Assembly (NCBI GenBank): GCA_039794845.1
Contig: JAUQVK010000005.1
Location: forward strand, 1 to 10,079
Source: Thermostichus sp. DRC_bins_24
Lineage (GTDB): Bacteria; Cyanobacteriota; Cyanobacteriia; Thermostichales; Thermostichaceae
Length of the DNA stretch: 10,079 nucleotides
Direction of reading: 5' to 3'
Made by a program: the position numbers and the translations under genes. The notes below the pieces were generated by a model. That model did no database searches. It was not told where the DNA came from and saw only the letters and a program-made list of their open reading frames with translations. Positions 8,416-10,079 of this stretch are shown here, piece by piece (within the stretch, counting starts at the first letter, position 1; the number at the start of each line of letters is the position of its first letter).

Positions 8416-9348
8416 TCACTGGCTGGGGGCACTGCTCGCCTTCAGTCGAGATTCCCGATAGGCCAAAGCTAAGGAACTGCCAAAAATAATGGCACCTCCC
8501 ACCCAAGTCCAGAGATCCGGCCATTCCCCAAACCAGAAGAAGCCGTACAAGGTGGCCCAGATCAAGGCCGAAAACTGAAAAGGCAAGAGCGTCGATACAT
8601 CGGCATAGGCAAAGGCATGGATCATCAGCACCTGCCCCAGTGTGCCCAGACAACCGATGGCCACCAACGGGATCCAGTCTTGCAAGGCTGGCCACTGCCA
8701 GAACCACACCGCCGCCAGCAGTGATAAGGGGGCCTGAAACAAGCCCATGTAGGCAGTAATCGTAATGCTCGACTCGGTGCGCGAGAGGATCTTGATCAGC
8801 ACCGTCACCCAAGCCAAGAGCACAGAAGCCGCCAGGGCTGCCGCTGAGCCTAAGGTTACCGCCTGAAAGCCGGGTCGCAACACCACGACCATGCCGACAA
8901 AACCCAGGCCAAGGGCCACCCAGCGCTGCAGGTACACCCGCTCTCGCAGCAACCAAATGGCAAACAGCGAAGCAAACAAAGGAATCGTAAAACTAAGGGC
9001 CGTTACCTCTGCCAAGGGCACCCGACTCAAGGCCCAGAAAAACATCAGCATGGCGATGGTATTCAGCACGCCACGTAGGGCAAACAACCCCAAGCGCTTT
9101 GTCCGCAGGGATCCCAGCCCTTCTCGCAACAACAGCGGCATTAAGGCCAACGACCCGAAAAAATTGCGAAAAAAGGCGATCTCAAACGGGTGCAACTCCC
9201 CTGACAGGCGGCGAATGGTGGCATCCATGGTGGCAAAACAGCTGACGGAGATCAAAATCAGCAGGATCCCCTTGAGGGTTTTGGGAACTCCTCGCCAGGA
9301 AAATCGCCAGGAAAAGCCGATACCAGTGGCAGGAAACAAACCTTTCAT
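8416..9348 (-). CDS. EamA/DMT-family membrane transporter
   Basis: 310 aa with about 10 hydrophobic segments. Motifs HPFEIAFFRN, LSFTIPLFASLFAIWLLRERV, GFVGMVVVLRPG and FWFGEWPDLWTWVGGAII indicate two EamA repeats. Confidence 0.93.
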   Translation of the reverse strand: MKGLFPATGIGFSWRFSWRGVPKTLKGILLILISVSCFATMDATIRRLSGELHPFEIAFFRNFFGSLALMPLLLREGLGSLRTKRLGLFALRGVLNTIAMLMFFWALSRVPLAEVTALSFTIPLFASLFAIWLLRERVYLQRWVALGLGFVGMVVVLRPGFQAVTLGSAAALAASVLLAWVTVLIKILSRTESSITITAYMGLFQAPLSLLAAVWFWQWPALQDWIPLVAIGCLGTLGQVLMIHAFAYADVSTLLPFQFSALIWATLYGFFWFGEWPDLWTWVGGAIIFGSSLALAYRESRLKASSAPSQ

Positions 9349-9640
9349 GGCTGAACTTTATGAATGCCAATATTCCACTGTAGGCGAAAGATGTGGATCC
9401 CACAGGAGCCGAGCCAACCTTTACAGACGAGCTCTTTTGTGATGACGGTAATGGGGATCATCCCTCAGCGGTCGGAGCGAAACTTGGTCAGAATGATCAC
9501 GCCACTCAGGTCAAGGTACAGCCTTTTTCGACTTCACGCAGGGTATAAAGTTGAGCGAAAACTCTTGCCGGACGAGGGATTTGCCTAGATGGTGCTGTCA
9601 TACCTGTGTTGCCGAGCAATATGCCCGAGGATGCTTATCT

Positions 9641-9683
9641 TACAGTCCTTCCGCTAGTCACCTACAACCGTAGAAGCTGATCC
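9641..9683. repeat. Left-hand fragment of the TA-ended MITE family abutting the CRISPR array
   Basis: TACAGTCCTTCCGC matches the MITE inverted repeat TACAGCCCTTACGC at 12 of 14 bases. CCGCTAGTCACCTACAACCGTAGAAGCTGATCC aligns with CCGCTAGTCATATGTAACAACCGTGGAAGTTGAGATCC at 2708-2745. Confidence 0.7.
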
Positions 9684-9689
9684 TGTTGC

Positions 9690-10079
9690 CGCCCCGAAGG
9701 ACGATCGCAGCGCCACGGTTGCTGGCGGTTGCCGTGGTGCTACTGGGTTCCAATCCTCGATCGCCCCGAAGGACGATCGCAGCCCGATCGCGGTGGATGA
9801 GATCCCCGCAGAGGCAAAGCGTTCCAATCCTCGATCGCCCCGAAGGACGATCGCAGCCTGCCGCTGCTGCTGCCGCCAAGGCCGAACGCCTACGTTCCAA
9901 TCCTCGATCGCCCCGAAGGACGATCGCAGCCTTTCAAACTCATCCGCCAGTACGTGGGTGAGTTCAGTTCCAATCCTCGATCGCCCCGAAGGACGATCGC
10001 AGCCTCGAACAATTCGAGTTAGGTAACTCAGACTGGACTGTTCCAATCCTCGATCGCCCCGAAGGACGATCGCAGCCCA
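9690..10079 (-). CRISPR. CRISPR array, trailer end: 5 identical repeats plus 1 truncated repeat and 5 complete spacers, continuing past the window
   Basis: Repeat GTTCCAATCCTCGATCGCCCCGAAGGACGATCGCAGC (37 bp, + strand) at 9747, 9821, 9894, 9967 and 10040, with a partial copy at 9690-9711. Unique spacers are 35, 37, 36, 36 and 36 bp. The minus-strand repeat ends ATTGGAAC and folds as CGAUCGUCC-UUCG-GGGCGAUCG. Confidence 0.98.

Noticed and set aside
9400..9415. CACAGGAGCC as the missing ISL3 right end, implying a composite element
   Set aside because: The match to the expected TGTCAGGAGAGCC is too short, and there is no adjacent target duplication.
9349..9510. Riboswitch (for example TPP) upstream of the DMT transporter
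   Set aside because: Only a GCTGAG fragment resembles TPP, and the remaining conserved core is absent.
9654..10046. ORFs 9654-10046, 9658-9900, 9686-9961 and 9793-10026
   Set aside because: These are translations of CRISPR repeats and spacers, visible as periodic peptide motifs.

Overview
A GC-rich cyanobacterial chromosomal window. Its strong GGGATCCC/GGATCC enrichment suggests a hot-spring Synechococcus (Thermostichus)-like genome (inference). Left to right it holds the 3' end of a ChaB-like gene, cbpA (DnaJ-class) and cbpM, and a PRC-barrel protein. Next is a wrecked locus where a small membrane/coiled-coil gene was apparently interrupted by a 150-bp TA-flanked MITE and an ISL3 element that has since decayed. 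Then come an atypical SDR, putA, a probably frameshifted lipoprotein, an EamA/DMT transporter, and the trailer end of a CRISPR array (37-38-bp repeat, likely minus-strand) running off the right edge. No cas genes lie in the window. The most notable unannotated structure is a small TA-ended repeat family present three times. One copy is a complete MITE, one fragment supplies the putA stop codon, and one fragment is fused to the truncated terminal CRISPR repeat. I cannot support a new multi-gene system from this window alone.
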